A stretch of DNA of 62,538 nucleotides, filler included, from Deltaproteobacteria bacterium (lineage in GTDB: Bacteria; JAUYMQ01): the NCBI GenBank assembly GCA_030698575.1. It is 11 parts of 11 records of this genome, joined end to end, with 100 filler letters (N's around TTAATTAATTAA, not from the genome) between each part and the next. Parts side by side here need not be neighbours in the genome. Positions count along the whole stretch, not along the records: positions 27,143 to 30,974 come from JAUYMQ010000127.1; positions 31,075 to 40,619 come from JAUYMQ010000131.1; 9 more parts are not named here. One strand, 5' to 3'. Positions within the stretch are counted from its first letter, which is position 1, and the number at the start of each line of letters is the position of its first letter. A model generated the notes under the pieces. It was not told where the DNA came from. It searched no databases and saw nothing but the letters and a program-made list of their open reading frames with translations. This document shows positions 27,143-39,361 of this stretch, piece after piece. Position numbers and translations under genes: made by a program.

Positions 27143-27530
27143 GGGGCGTCAGCGGGACGGATGCTTCCCAAAGGATGCGCCGGGTGCCGGGTTTGGCGAT
27201 CGCCTCGGCCGTCGTGATCACCGAGAATCCCGCGTCTCCGAGGCGGGCCGCCAGGCCCTTCTCGAGGAGCGCGAAGCGCGGGGCGTCCGCCGCGGAACCC
27301 CAGGGGCTCAGCTCGGACGCGCCGGCCGCCTGGATGCTTGGAAGCAGGAGAAGGGTCACCCGGGGCGCGCCGTCAGGGGAAGCCTGCACATTGTGAGCTG
27401 AGTCTGCGGGAGCGGCCTCGGCGGGAGGCGCGGGGGCGGCGACCGCCCGGGGGCTTCCCCAGGCGATCCCGAGGAGGGCCAGAAACAGCAGTCCGGTCAG
27501 GGGCCGGCCGGCGGCGGAGCGCTCAGCCAT
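27143..27530 (-). CDS. Hypothetical exported protein (3' truncated)
   Basis: ATG overlaps the dnaE end; signal peptide LTGLLFLALLGIAWG...AVAA. Confidence 0.55.
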
Positions 27531-30500
27531 GAGGATGCGCGGCCCCGGAGTCGTCGCCGTAGTCTTCGTCCTGATCGTAGCCGTCATACCCCTCGTAACT
27601 CTCGAATTCCTCGTGCCGCGCCAGGCTGGCGAGTTCATCCATGCCGAGCCCGGCGCCCGGATCGACGACGGCGCCCGCCGCAAGCCCCGGCCCGGCCTCC
27701 TTGCCGGGGAATGTCGCCGCCAGCTCTTTCTCGAGAGCCTCCTCGAGCGGCGCGCCAGGCTTCACACGGAGGGCATCGGGAAGCGCGATGATCGTTTCGC
27801 TGCGATTGGGCACCACCAGGTGAAGCACGCTGGGACAGGGGCCGGGGTGGGCCTTGAGGATTCCACGGAGCTTCTCGAAGTGCTCGCCCGTGAGGCCGGG
27901 CGCGGCGAGCCGCAGGTGGAAGGGAACGGTGAGCCGTTCCTGCACCTCGGCGAGGGGGAAGATGTCGCGCGCGATGATCTTGTCGGTCTCGCCGCCGTGC
28001 TCGACCGTGCCCGTCACGACGATGGGGGTTTCCGATTTCAGAAGCGTGCTGACCTCGGTGTAGATGGCGGGGAACACGATCACCTCGATGAAGCCGTCGA
28101 GATCCTCGAGCGAGACGAAGCCCATGAGCTGCCCCTTCTTGGTGCGCACCTCACGAAGCGACTGAACCACGCCCCCCATGCGTATCTCGCGGCTGTCCGC
28201 CAGCTCTGCGACGTCGATTGTCCGCGCGTCGGTGAAGCGCCTGAGCAGATCGGCGTGCTGCGCGAGCGGGTGGCCGGTGATGTAGAAGCCGAGCGATTCC
28301 TTCTCGTAGGCCAGCACCTGATTCTCGGGCCACTCGGGGACGGCCTCCATCGGCGGCCCCTCCTGCACGACCACCGACCCTCCGAAGAGATTGCCCTGCC
28401 CCGACGCGCGCTCCCGCTGCGCCTTCTGCCCCGCATCGAGCGCCCGATCGAGCGCCGCCATGAATCCTGCGCGAGTGGTGCCCTGAGCCCGCGCCAGGCC
28501 GTCGAAAGCGCCGCATTTGATGAGACTCTCCGTCACGCGGCGGTTCACCCGCCCGAGATCAACCCTGCGCGAGAAATCGTCGAGGGTCTTGAACGGCCCC
28601 CCCTCGTCTTCGCCGGCGGTTTCACGCGCCTCGATCATGGCCTCGACCGCGCCGCCGCCCACGTTTTTCACCGCTGCCAGGCCGAAGCGAATCTTCCCCT
28701 CGACGACCGCGAAGTCGCTCTGGCTCTCGTTCACGTCTGGCGGGAGGACGTCGATCTTGTGGTCGCGGCATTCGGCCATGTAGCGCATGATCTTGTCGGT
28801 GTTCTGCTTCTCGCTCGAGAGCAAGGCGGCCATGAACTCCACGGGATGATGCGTCTTCAGGTAGGCCGTCTGGTAGGCAATGAGGCCGTAGGCAGCGCTG
28901 TGTGATTTGTTGAAACCGTACTTCGCGAACTTGGCCATCTGGTCGAAGACCTTGAGCGCCTTCTTCTCGTCAATCTTGTTGCGCCGCGCGCCGTCGCGGA
29001 AGCGCTCGCGCTGCCGATCCATCTCTTCGGCGATCTTCTTCCCCATGGCGCGGCGGAGCAGATCGGCCTCGGCCATCGAGAACCCGCCAAGCTCGGCCGC
29101 GATCTGCATGACCTGCTCCTGATAGACGATGGTGCCGTAGGTGTCCTTCAGAATGGGCTCCAGCTCGGGCAGCGTGTACTCGACCTCGACCTTGCCGTGC
29201 CTGCGCTTCAGGAAGTCGTCGACCATCCCCGATTCGAGCGGCCCCGGGCGATAGAGGGCGAGCAACGCCACGATGTCTTCCATGCGCTCGGGCTTCAGCT
29301 TGATCAAGAGCTCCGTCATGCCGCTCGACTCGAGCTGGAAGACGCCGCGGGCGTCGCCGCGGCCGAGCAGCTCGTAGACGGGCCGATCGTCGAGGGAAAT
29401 CTTGCGGATGTCGAACCCTTCGAACCCGGGCTTCCGGCGGATCATCTTCACCGCGCGGTCGATGAGCGTGAGCGTCTTCAGTCCCAGGAAGTCGAACTTG
29501 ATGAGCCCGATCTTCTCGACGCTCTTCATGTCGAACTGGGTGACCACGTTCCCCTTGTTGTCCATGTAGAGGGGCACGTGATCGATGAGCGGGGTGTTGG
29601 AGATCACGACCCCCGCGGCGTGGGTCGATGCGTGGCGGACGAGCCCCTCCAGATTGCGCGCAGTCGAGAGAAGCTCCGCCACGGTCGCGTCAGTCTTCTC
29701 CAGATCCCGGAGCTTGGGCTGCTGGGCCACCGCCTCGTCGAGCGTGATGTTGAGCTGGTTGGGCACGAGCTTGGCGATGCGGTCGACATCGCCGTAGGGA
29801 ATGCTCATCACGCGCCCCACGTCGCGGATGACGGCCTTGGCCTGCATCCTTCCGAAGGTGATGATCTGCACGACGTTCGAGGGGCCGCCGTAGCGCTCCT
29901 GGACGTAGCGGATGACCTCGTCGCGCCCCTCGATGCAGAAGTCGACGTCGATATCCGGCGGGGTTACGCGCTCGGGGTTCAGGAATCGTTCGAAGAAGAG
30001 ATCGTAGCGGATGGGATCGATGTCGGTGATGCCCAGCGCGTAGGCCACAAGGCTTCCCGCGGCCGAGCCTCGCCCGGGGCCCACGGGGATGTCGCGGGAT
30101 TTCGCGTAGTGAATGAAGTCGGCGACGATGAGAAAGTAGCCCGCGTAGCCGCACTTCCCGATGACCGACAGCTCATGGGCGAGCCGGGTCCGGTATTCAT
30201 CGTGCAGCGTGCTATCGACCTCGGCCAGACGCTCGACGAGCCCCTGCTCGGCGCTCTCGATCAGGAAAGAGTCGAGCGTGTGCCCCTCGGGCACGGGCAC
30301 GTTCGGGTAGTGGTGGTTTCCCAGTTCGAGCTCGACGTTGCAGCGCTCGGCAATCTCGACGCTGCGCTTCACGGTATCGGGCATGTCTGCGAAGAGCGCG
30401 TACATCTCGTCGGGGCTCTTCAGGTAGTTCTCGTCGGACTCGAACTTGAAGCGATCGGGGTTGGAAAGCACGTCGCGGGTCTGGATGGCGAGAAGCGCGT

Positions 30501-30974
30501 CGTGCGCCTTGGCGTGCTCGCGCTTGAGGTAGTGGCAGTCGTTGGTCGCGACGACAGGCAGGCCCAGTTCGGCAGCGATGCTGATGAGTTCCTGGTTGAC
30601 CTCTTCCTGCCGGGGCGCGCCGTTGCGCTGGATCTCGATGTAGAAGCGATCGGGAAAGATCCGGGCGAGTGTTTCGGCCTCCTGGTAGGCCCGGTCGCGG
30701 TCGCCGTCCTGGATGTGTGTGGCCACCGCGCCGCCGAGGCAGGCCGAGAGCGCGATGAGGCCCTCGCCGTGCTCCTGCAGGAGCGCCCGGTCGACGCGCG
30801 GCTTGTAGTAGAACCCCTCCAGGTAGGCCAGCGAGACAAGGCGCACGAGGTTCTGGTACCCCTTCTTGTTCATCGCGAGGAGCACCAGGTGATTCGTGTC
30901 GGCGTAGCTGGCCCTCGATTCTTTATCGCGGCGATCGCCCGGCGCCACATAGGTCTCGCACCCAAAGATGGGCT
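27523..30974 (-). CDS. dnaE: DNA polymerase III alpha subunit (5' truncated)
   Basis: GFYYKPR, ATNDCHY, GPGRGSAAGS, PDIDVDF, KFDFLGL, YQEQVM, YGFNKSH, OB fold. Confidence 0.98.
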
Positions 30975-31074
30975 NNNNNNNNNNNNNNNNNNNNNNNNNN
31001 NNNNNNNNNNNNNNNNNNTTAATTAATTAANNNNNNNNNNNNNNNNNNNNNNNNNNNNNNNNNNNNNNNNNNNN

Positions 31075-31438
31075 GATGACGGCCATGCCCAACTCGCCAC
31101 CCGCCATTGCGGGCGTAGTCGATCTGCGAGGAGGTTTTATTCCGATTCTTGACATGCGCTGGCACACCGGGATCGCGCCGGACCATGCCGGGCCGAAAGC
31201 GCGCATCATCGTGACGATCCTGCGCGGCAGGCTGGCGGGCTTGCTCGTCGACGAGCTGCTCCCGGTCATGCGCATTCCTGCGTCGGAAATGAAAGCGCCC
31301 CCGCGAATGGCAAAGGATCTCGGCTACGATTTTATCACCGCCATGTGTACGCGTGACGGCGATCTCTACATGCTTATAAACGCGGACCGCATGCTCGACG
31401 ACGTCGGCGGCGAAGCTCCGGCAGGAGTCCCGGCATGA
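31075..31438 (+). CDS. cheW: CheW coupling protein (5' truncated)
   Basis: [16 protein letters not shown]...AGLLVD. Confidence 0.9.
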
Positions 31439-34038
31439 GCCAGAAAGCAAAGATAAACATCCAGACGAATCTCGTGGTGTGGCCCGCGTTCGTCTCTCTC
31501 CTGGCGACGGTTCTCGTCACGTTCTTCGTGGTGAGCCTGATCCGGTTCGATCCGGATCAGGTCAAGCACATGCTCCTCTTCGTGGCCGGCGTCTTCCCGC
31601 TGCTGTTCATTTCGTCCAGGGCGATAGTGCGCTCGCGCGAGCAGAGGATTATGCGCTACTGGAACGCGGTCCAGGAGGGGAAGCCTCCCGCTGACGAGAC
31701 GGAGGCGCGGCGGGTCTATACCCAAGTGATGAACCATCCCCGCTTCCTGCTGATCGTGGGTGTGGGCTTCTGGGGCGCGGGAACGCTCCTGGTGGGCGCT
31801 TTCATGTTCGCCTTCGAGGGCATCAGCGGATTCGACTTCCTGAAAATCTGCTTTTCGGGGTTCAGCCAGGGCATCATCGCCAGCATCTTCATGTTCTACA
31901 TCTCGAAGCAGTTCCTGAATCCGGTGCGGGCGTCCTTCCAGCGCTATCGGAGCATCCGCGGTTTCGGCGAGGGCGTCATACGCATCGGCCTTCGCGCAAA
32001 GCTGATCACGACCTTCGTGTCGATCGTCTTCGTGACCCTCGCCTTCTCGGCGCTCATGTTCTACGAGCAGACCCAGCGGGCCGTCGAGCAGGCAAAGATG
32101 GAAAGCTCGCGGGCGGTGTTCGAAAGCCTGCGGTCGGAACTCTCCCGCCTCCCCGTGGACAAGGCTTCGAATCTGAATCTGGGCGCCCTCGCGGACCAGG
32201 CCGGCATGGAGCCGGGATCCGCTGTAGCGCTCCTCGATCAGGCAGGTAAGCGCCTGGCTTTTGCTGGCGACGCCCACGGTATCGCCGCCCTGCGCACGCG
32301 CGATGGGAGCGGAGACGCGCCCAACGGCCAGGTGATCTTCGGAAAAGGCGTGCCCGGCAAGCCATGGCGCCTGGCCCTCTACACCCCCACGGGCCTCGCC
32401 TCGCACGCCGCAACGGTGCTCCACCGCACCCTTGCGCTCCAGTTCTTCACGAGCCTTTCCATCGCCGTCGGACTGGCTCTCCTGGCGGCGAACGAGGTCA
32501 ACCGGGCACTTCAGCGCATGGCGGAGTGGTCCAAGCGGATCGCGTCGGGTGATCTCACCACGCCCCTTCGGATCGAAAGCGAGGATGAGCTGGGTAGTCT
32601 CGCTGCGTCGCTTTCCGATATGTCATTCCGCCTTCGCGAAATGATCCTGCACGTGAAGGACAATACCAGCGGCGTCGAGGAAATGAGCGCCGAGGTGGCC
32701 ACGATGAGCCAGGCGGTCATGGAGTCGAGTGATGAGCAGAGCTCGAGCGTGCTCGATGCGACGAGCGTTTTCGAGCAGATGAACGCGTCGATAAAGGGCA
32801 TCGCAGAGCACACTGAGCACCTGAGCGTCTCGGCCGAGGAATCCTCCAGCTCGATCCTCGAAATGGGGGCGACGGTCGAGGAGGTCAGCGGAAACGTCGA
32901 GAGCCTGGGGCGCAGCGTCGATGAGTCGGTCTCGAGCATCGAACAGATGACCTCTTCGATTCACGAGGTTGCGCGAAACGTGGAGGGTCTGTCGGAGGTT
33001 GCGGAGGAGACAAACTGCTCGATGGAGGAGATGGCTGCGTCGATCCGGCAGGTGGAGGAGAACGCGAACGAGACGCACAACCTCTCGGTCGACATGGTCA
33101 GGGCTGCCGAGACGGGGAGTGAGCGGGTGCTTGCCACGATCTTGGGCATCGAGTCCATTCGCACCGGTTCGGAAGAGGCGCAGCAGGTCATTACGAAGCT
33201 TGGCGCGCGCGCCGAAGAAATCGGAGAGATCCTGAACGTCATCGACGAGGTGGCCGAAGAGACCAACCTGCTCGCCCTGAACGCCGCCATCATTGCGGCC
33301 CAGGCAGGAGAGCATGGCCGGGGGTTCTCGGTGGTTGCGGACGAGATCAAGGATCTGGCGGACCGCGTGGGCACGAGCACGAAGGAGATCGGCAAGCTGA
33401 TCAAGGCGGTCCAGGACGAATCCGGAAACGCGATCATGGTTGTCAAGCGCGGAGCCGAGCAGGTCGTGGAGGGTGAGCGGCTGTCACGCGAGGCAGGAAG
33501 GGCGCTGGACGAGATCACCGCCAGCGCTCGCCGTTCGGGGGAGATGATCGGCGAGATCGCGCAGGCCAGCGCGGAGCAGACCAAGGGCTCCCGCTCGGTC
33601 GTCAACGCGATGGAACGCGTGCGGGAGATGGTCGCACAGATCAAAGGCGCGATGGTCGAGCAATCGCGAGGCTCCGAACGGGTCATGACGGCATCGATGT
33701 CCATGCGCGATGTGGCGCAGCAGGTGCGCGGGACGATCCTCGAGCAGGCGCGCGGATCGGGTCGCATCACGACCAGCATCGAGAACATCCGGGACATGGT
33801 GCAGCAGATCAACGGCGCAATTCAGGAGCAGCTGCGGGGGACCGAGCAGGCGGTGGTCGCTCTGGAGCACATCCGCGAACGCGCCGAGCAGAATCAGGAC
33901 GCCGCGCTGAAGATGGGCGGTGTGGTCAAGGGAATGGTGTCCGAAGCGGACGTGCTCAAACAAGAAGTCGGTCGTTTCCAGCTCGGCGAGAGCACAGACG
34001 CTCCCGACGGATCGGCCGGAAACCAGGAGCCGGGCTGA
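31435..34038 (+). CDS. Methyl-accepting chemotaxis protein, multi-TM with HAMP and very long signalling hairpin
   Basis: HAMP (IASGDL...EDELGSLA); [34 protein letters not shown]. Confidence 0.95.
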   Translation: MSQKAKINIQTNLVVWPAFVSLLATVLVTFFVVSLIRFDPDQVKHMLLFVAGVFPLLFISSRAIVRSREQRIMRYWNAVQEGKPPADETEARRVYTQVMNHPRFLLIVGVGFWGAGTLLVGAFMFAFEGISGFDFLKICFSGFSQGIIASIFMFYISKQFLNPVRASFQRYRSIRGFGEGVIRIGLRAKLITTFVSIVFVTLAFSALMFYEQTQRAVEQAKMESSRAVFESLRSELSRLPVDKASNLNLGALADQAGMEPGSAVALLDQAGKRLAFAGDAHGIAALRTRDGSGDAPNGQVIFGKGVPGKPWRLALYTPTGLASHAATVLHRTLALQFFTSLSIAVGLALLAANEVNRALQRMAEWSKRIASGDLTTPLRIESEDELGSLAASLSDMSFRLREMILHVKDNTSGVEEMSAEVATMSQAVMESSDEQSSSVLDATSVFEQMNASIKGIAEHTEHLSVSAEESSSSILEMGATVEEVSGNVESLGRSVDESVSSIEQMTSSIHEVARNVEGLSEVAEETNCSMEEMAASIRQVEENANETHNLSVDMVRAAETGSERVLATILGIESIRTGSEEAQQVITKLGARAEEIGEILNVIDEVAEETNLLALNAAIIAAQAGEHGRGFSVVADEIKDLADRVGTSTKEIGKLIKAVQDESGNAIMVVKRGAEQVVEGERLSREAGRALDEITASARRSGEMIGEIAQASAEQTKGSRSVVNAMERVREMVAQIKGAMVEQSRGSERVMTASMSMRDVAQQVRGTILEQARGSGRITTSIENIRDMVQQINGAIQEQLRGTEQAVVALEHIRERAEQNQDAALKMGGVVKGMVSEADVLKQEVGRFQLGESTDAPDGSAGNQEPG

Positions 34039-34089
34039 CCCCGAGAGGCAGCCGGACTCCCTTTGTGAACTCTGCAGCTGAGGAATCTC

Positions 34090-35187
34090 ATGATTGTTGC
34101 GTGCCCCTCTTGCAAGGCGAAGTTCAGGATTGACGAAGGGCGGATCAAACCACCCGGTGTGCGCCTCCGGTGCGCCCGCTGCCAGAATCTGTTTGCCGTG
34201 CGCAAGCGCGTCGTGGAAAGCGCCGCGCCTGTCGGCCCCCCCAGGGAGAGCGTGGACCCGGCGCAAGGGAACGCAGCCGAAGGGAGGGGGCGAATACTGG
34301 TGGCCCACGGCGAGCCGGTTGTGGCGGCCGCGATGAGAGGGGCTCTCGAGAAGGCGAATTACGAAGTTCTGATTTCGGGGGACGGTGTCGACGCGCTCAT
34401 GAAGATCCAGCGGGAGCGGCCCGGCGTGGCGGTGATAGATGTCGCCCTCCCGAAGATGTACGGCTTCGAGATTTGCGAGTTTCTCAAGCGCAACGAAAGC
34501 CTGCGCTACGTCAAGGTCATTCTCGTGGCGACTGAACACAACCAGGGGCGCTACAGGCGCACGCCCGAGAATTATTACGGGGCGGATGACGTCGTCGAGG
34601 AGAGCGAGATCCCGGGCGAGCTGGCGGGCAAGGTCCACCGCCTGCTGCATGGCGGCGAAGATGCGGGCGCTACCGTGGAGCCGCCGGGGTCTGCGCCAGG
34701 TATTGACCATGAGGCCGCGGCCGGACTCGTCGAACCGGCGGCCGCCGAGATCGCGGCGCAGCCGGAAGAACGTCCTTTCGCAGAGCCGGAGGACCCGCTG
34801 CCCGAACCGGAGCGGGTCACCGCCGAAGATGATCCCCGGAAGGAAATGCGCGAGCGAGCCCGGAGGCTCGCACGCATCATCGTGAGCGACATCGCATTGT
34901 ACAACCCCGAGATCGTTGAGCAGGGACTTCGATCGGGCGGTCTGCCCGCCCTCATCCGGGACGATCTCGAGGAGGGGTACAAGCTCTTCAGATCCCGCAT
35001 CGACGAGGCAGTAGCTGCCGAGAGCGACTTCATTCGCGAGGCGCTCGACGCCTTCGTCGATCGCAAACGGCGTGATCTTGGCATCCCCGACGACGCGGAG
35101 GCCGGGACAGATCCGGCTGATGACGAGCATGCGGTAGCCGATGATATTCCGTCGGCGGAATTCGGGACCGGTCATGACGATTTTTGA
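34090..35187 (+). CDS. Zinc-ribbon (MJ0042-type) plus atypical receiver domain protein
   Basis: CPSC...VRLRCARC; receiver IDVALPKMYG; C-terminal ARRLARIIVSDIALYN helical domain. Confidence 0.85.
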   Translation: MIVACPSCKAKFRIDEGRIKPPGVRLRCARCQNLFAVRKRVVESAAPVGPPRESVDPAQGNAAEGRGRILVAHGEPVVAAAMRGALEKANYEVLISGDGVDALMKIQRERPGVAVIDVALPKMYGFEICEFLKRNESLRYVKVILVATEHNQGRYRRTPENYYGADDVVEESEIPGELAGKVHRLLHGGEDAGATVEPPGSAPGIDHEAAAGLVEPAAAEIAAQPEERPFAEPEDPLPEPERVTAEDDPRKEMRERARRLARIIVSDIALYNPEIVEQGLRSGGLPALIRDDLEEGYKLFRSRIDEAVAAESDFIREALDAFVDRKRRDLGIPDDAEAGTDPADDEHAVADDIPSAEFGTGHDDF

Positions 35188-37234
35188 GAAGGTCGAGGAA
35201 GCGCTGAACTGCGGCGACGAAGAGGCCCGGAGGGAGGCCGTGGAGTCTCTCTTCCAGGCCTCCGGGCCCGACGTCCTGCGCCTGCTCATCCGGGCGACCG
35301 GCGATGAGAGCTGGCGCGTCCGGAAGACCTCGGTCGAGGCCCTGCTGACTTACACCGAACCCGCCGAGGCGATCGATGCGCTCATTCACGGGCTCCATGC
35401 CGAGGACAATGCCGGACTCAGAAACGCTTGCGTCGAGACCCTCATACGCATGGGCGAGATGGCGGTGCTCGCCTTGCTGCCCCACGTCTCCTCGCCGGAT
35501 GAAGACGTCAGGAAATTCGTGATCGATATTCTCGGCGGAATCGGCGACGAACGCGCCGTTCCGGCGCTGGTGGGGGCGATGGGCGACTCGAACGAGAACG
35601 TTCGGGCGACCGCCGCGGAGAACCTGGGGCTGATCGGCAGTGAAGCCGCCGTCGCGTCCCTCCTCGACGCCCTTCGGCGCGACGACCTGCAGCTTCAGTA
35701 CGGCGCTCTGAGGGCCCTGTTCACGATCGGGCGGTCCGTCCCGCTGGATGCGATCACGCCGCTCCTGCAGAAGCCGCTTCTCCGGAAGCCCGTCTACGAA
35801 TGTCTCGGGAACATCCGCGATCTTGCGGCCGTCGAAGTCCTGGTGAAGGGACTGGGCGAGCGCTCGACGGCCAGCCGGGTGGCCGCGGCCGGCTCGCTCA
35901 TGAAGCTCTATCACGGTTCCGGTGACCGGGGTTTCCGGGAGGCGCTGGGTGAGCGCATCCGGCGAAACGTCCCCGCAGCCGACGTCGAGGCGCTCCTGCA
36001 GGATCTCGATTCGGCCGATCTGAACCGGCGCATGTCCGTGGCCCAGATTCTCGGGTTTCTCGGCGACGGAGCCGCAACCTTGCCGCTCCTGGAAGCCGCC
36101 GCCGACGAGCCCGTTTCGGCTTTCGCCCTCGACGCGATCGTGCGCATCGGCCGGCCGGCAAGGGACATCCTTGTTCAGAACTTCGGTGAGCTGCCTGACG
36201 AGCAGATGGCGCTGGCCTGCACGGCGCTCGGGTGCCTCGGCAGCGCATCCGCAATCCCTTCCCTTCGCCTTGCGATCGACAACGAGTCGCCCGGGGTCCG
36301 GGCGGCAGCGGCCGTTGCGCTGGGCCGGCTGGACGCCATTGAATCGCTCTCCCGCCTGACGGCGCTTCTCGCGGACGATTTCCCGGGGGTCCAGGAAGCC
36401 GCGGTAAAGTCGATCAAGGACCTTGCGAGCGTCCACGGACGCGAGGTGCTGGAGGCCGTTGCATCCATGACGCGCTCGTCCGGGGAGTTCATCCGGGCAA
36501 ACGTCGTGCGGGTGCTCGGCGCGGTCGGGCTCGATGAGGGGATCGAGCGTGTGCTGGATGCCATGCGCGACGAGAGCGCCGCCGTGCGGCAGGCTGCCCT
36601 CGAGGCGCTTGGCCGGCTTGAATTCGCAAGGTTCAGGGACACCTTTCAGCTGGCCCTGACGGACGAGAGCGCCGAGGTGCGCGCTATCGCCGCCGATCTG
36701 TGGGGACGCAGCGGCGATCCGCGTGCGGCCGAGAATCTGATGCTCATGCTGGATCACGAGGATCTCTGGGTCCGCTGCGCCGCGCTACGGGGCCTGGGGG
36801 AGTGCGGGGACGCGTCCCGGGCCGATGCTCTGCGGCTGGCGCTGGCCCAGGCGGACGGGATCGCGCTCATCACGGGGCTGGAAGCGCTTGTTACGCTGGT
36901 CGGGGAGAACGCCGCGGAGGATCTGATCAAGGCGCTCGATCGCGACGATCCCGAAGTTGTCCGCGTAGCGCTTCAGGGGCTCGAGCGCGTCGGATCGCCG
37001 AGGGAGCAGGAATGCCTCGGCCGCGCGCTCTGCAGGCTTCTTGGACATGAAGATTCGGACGTGCGCCTGATGGTTGCGCGGTTCGCAGGAATTCACCGGG
37101 TCCTCGAGACGCTTCCCGCGCTCACCGCGCGGCATGAGGGTGAAGGGGACCAGGCGGTTCGGGAGATGCTCGGCTATGCGATCGAAAGGGTTGGCGGCCG
37201 GGATGCGGAAACGCGCCGAAGAGTAGCTAGCTAA
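35174..37234 (+). CDS. HEAT/PBS-lyase repeat protein
   Basis: Repeated D-x-x-x-x-VR-x-x-A-x-x-x-LG units. Confidence 0.92.
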   Translation: MTIFEKVEEALNCGDEEARREAVESLFQASGPDVLRLLIRATGDESWRVRKTSVEALLTYTEPAEAIDALIHGLHAEDNAGLRNACVETLIRMGEMAVLALLPHVSSPDEDVRKFVIDILGGIGDERAVPALVGAMGDSNENVRATAAENLGLIGSEAAVASLLDALRRDDLQLQYGALRALFTIGRSVPLDAITPLLQKPLLRKPVYECLGNIRDLAAVEVLVKGLGERSTASRVAAAGSLMKLYHGSGDRGFREALGERIRRNVPAADVEALLQDLDSADLNRRMSVAQILGFLGDGAATLPLLEAAADEPVSAFALDAIVRIGRPARDILVQNFGELPDEQMALACTALGCLGSASAIPSLRLAIDNESPGVRAAAAVALGRLDAIESLSRLTALLADDFPGVQEAAVKSIKDLASVHGREVLEAVASMTRSSGEFIRANVVRVLGAVGLDEGIERVLDAMRDESAAVRQAALEALGRLEFARFRDTFQLALTDESAEVRAIAADLWGRSGDPRAAENLMLMLDHEDLWVRCAALRGLGECGDASRADALRLALAQADGIALITGLEALVTLVGENAAEDLIKALDRDDPEVVRVALQGLERVGSPREQECLGRALCRLLGHEDSDVRLMVARFAGIHRVLETLPALTARHEGEGDQAVREMLGYAIERVGGRDAETRRRVAS

Positions 37235-37266
37235 CCCGGCGGGAGCGCCGGGGCGGGTGGTCAAGA

Positions 37267-38169
37267 ATGGCTGTCGTGCCGAAATTCGAAAGTCTTCTGG
37301 AGGGCTCTGGCCTTGAGGCCAGGCTCCAGATGAATGACGAGGACTTCAAGCTTCTCCGGGATTTCATCCGCGCTGAGAGCGGGATCCATTTCGGGGAAAG
37401 CTCAAAGCCGATCCTCGAGAAGCGGATGTCCAGGCTCGTCCGCGCGCGCCGGATCCGCAGTTACCGCGACTACTACTACTTCCTCCGTTACGACAAGCGG
37501 AAGGATGAAGAGATGGATTCGGTCATCGACGCCGTCACGACGAACGAGACTTACTTCTTCAGGGAAGAGCGTCAGCTGAAGGCGTTCAAGGACGAAATTC
37601 TGCCCGAACTTCACGCGGAGAAGCTGTCGCGGGGCGACCGGACTCTCCGCATCTGGAGCGCCGGTTGCTCGAGCGGAGAGGAGCCGTACACGCTCGCAAT
37701 GCTCATCATGGAATCGAAGCTCTTCAACGATTGGCGCGTGGAAATATTCGGCAGCGACATCAACCGCCGGGTGCTCCAGATCGCCAGGAAGGGGAGTTAT
37801 GGCAACTCATCCTTCCGGGTCACGGAGAAGGGCTACATCGATCGGTACTTCAAGGAAGACGGCGGAAGGCGGCAGATAAGTGAAGATGTCAAGAAGCTCG
37901 TCAACTTCAGCTACATGAATCTCGTCGACCGACCAAAGATCAATCTCCTCCGCACGATGGACGTCATCTACTGCCGGAACGTCATCATATACTTCGAGCT
38001 ATCTACCAAGAAAGCGTTGATAGAGAGCCTGGGCGAGAGGCTGGCGCCGGGCGGGTTCCTCATGCTCGGCCATTCTGAATCTCTCATAAACATCACGTCT
38101 TCTTACGAGCTGAGGCACCTGAAGAACGATCTGGTTTACCAGAAACCCAGGAAGCGGCGCATTTTCTGA
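37267..38169 (+). CDS. cheR: Chemotaxis methyltransferase CheR
   Basis: TTNETYFFRE, IWSAGCSSGEEPYT, CRNVIIYF, LGHSE. Confidence 0.96.
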   Translation: MAVVPKFESLLEGSGLEARLQMNDEDFKLLRDFIRAESGIHFGESSKPILEKRMSRLVRARRIRSYRDYYYFLRYDKRKDEEMDSVIDAVTTNETYFFREERQLKAFKDEILPELHAEKLSRGDRTLRIWSAGCSSGEEPYTLAMLIMESKLFNDWRVEIFGSDINRRVLQIARKGSYGNSSFRVTEKGYIDRYFKEDGGRRQISEDVKKLVNFSYMNLVDRPKINLLRTMDVIYCRNVIIYFELSTKKALIESLGERLAPGGFLMLGHSESLINITSSYELRHLKNDLVYQKPRKRRIF

Positions 38170-38206
38170 GCCACTTCCGGGGAGAGAGCCGGGATACGAG
38201 GCGGGA

Positions 38207-39361
38207 ATGGCGAAAGGCAACGGAAATCGGCAGGGCATTCGGGTTCTGGTGATCGACGATTCGGCTTACAACCGCCGGACGATCACGAAGATGCTCGAAC
38301 GCTCGCCCTTCATCGAGGTCGTGGGAACGGCGAAGGACGGCGAGGAAGGATTGCGCCGCGCGCTGGACCTGCGACCGGATCTCGTGACGCTCGATCTCGA
38401 AATGCCGAAGCTCGACGGCTTCAGCCTGCTCCGGGTGCTCATGGTGCGGCAGCCCACGCCGGTTCTCGTGGTCAGCTCGCAGAGCGAGGGGGAGAACGTT
38501 TTCAAGGCCCTCGAGCTGGGCGCCGTCGATTTCATCTCGAAGCCCACCCGTGGAATTTCCAGCGAACTCGAAACGATCGGGGACGAGCTTGTCGGAAAGG
38601 TGCTGTCGATCAAGCAACTCAAGCTCGAAAATGCCCAGCACCAACTTGATTACGCCGCGAGCCGTGTCAGGGACGGCGCGAAATGGGCTTCGACGGCGAT
38701 GGCGGAAAACGCCGCCCAGCCGCGATGGACGCCCGGGGTCTTCAAGTTTTTCGCCATCGGTTCCTCGACGGGCGGGCCCGGCGCGATCACCTCCATCCTG
38801 CGCACCATCCCGGCCGATCTGCCGGCCGCGTTCGTCGTGGCGCAGCACATGCCTCCCGGCTTCACACGGCCCTTTGCGGAGCGGCTCGACAAGTTCACCG
38901 GGCTCGAGGTTCGAGAGGCGAAGGACGGGGATGCCATACGGCCGGGGAGAGTCCTCATCGCGCCAGGCGGGAAGAACCTGACCCTCGTGCGCCGGGGCAC
39001 GAAAGTGGTGACAGCCCTGGCCGACAGGGTCGAGAGCGATCTCTACGTTCCCTCGGTGAATGCCCTCCTTTCCTCGGCTTCGAAGATCTATGGCGGCGAC
39101 TGTGTAGCCGTGATCCTCACCGGCATGGGTGATGACGGCATGGAAGGCGTGAGGGAGATAAACAAGCGGAACGGCTTCACGATCGCCGAATCAGAGGAGA
39201 CCAGCGTTATTTTCGGAATGCCCAAGAAAGTCATCTCGACGGGGGTCGTTGATCGGGTGCTGCCGCTCTGGAAGATAAGCGACGCCATCGTCGGCTTTTT
39301 CACGCCGCGGGACGATTCCCCGAAAGGCGCGGAGAGATCCGGCGCGGAGGGGTCGCCATGA
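38207..39361 (+). CDS. cheB: Chemotaxis methylesterase CheB
   Basis: Receiver domain plus STGGP, QHMP, TGMGDDG, FGMP. Confidence 0.96.
   Translation: MAKGNGNRQGIRVLVIDDSAYNRRTITKMLERSPFIEVVGTAKDGEEGLRRALDLRPDLVTLDLEMPKLDGFSLLRVLMVRQPTPVLVVSSQSEGENVFKALELGAVDFISKPTRGISSELETIGDELVGKVLSIKQLKLENAQHQLDYAASRVRDGAKWASTAMAENAAQPRWTPGVFKFFAIGSSTGGPGAITSILRTIPADLPAAFVVAQHMPPGFTRPFAERLDKFTGLEVREAKDGDAIRPGRVLIAPGGKNLTLVRRGTKVVTALADRVESDLYVPSVNALLSSASKIYGGDCVAVILTGMGDDGMEGVREINKRNGFTIAESEETSVIFGMPKKVISTGVVDRVLPLWKISDAIVGFFTPRDDSPKGAERSGAEGSP

Noticed and set aside
29197-31026. Long antisense ORFs opposite dnaE (and likewise opposite the MCP, HEAT, helicase, uvrA and coat genes)
   Set aside because: Shadow ORFs expected from high-GC codon bias; no motifs or RBS
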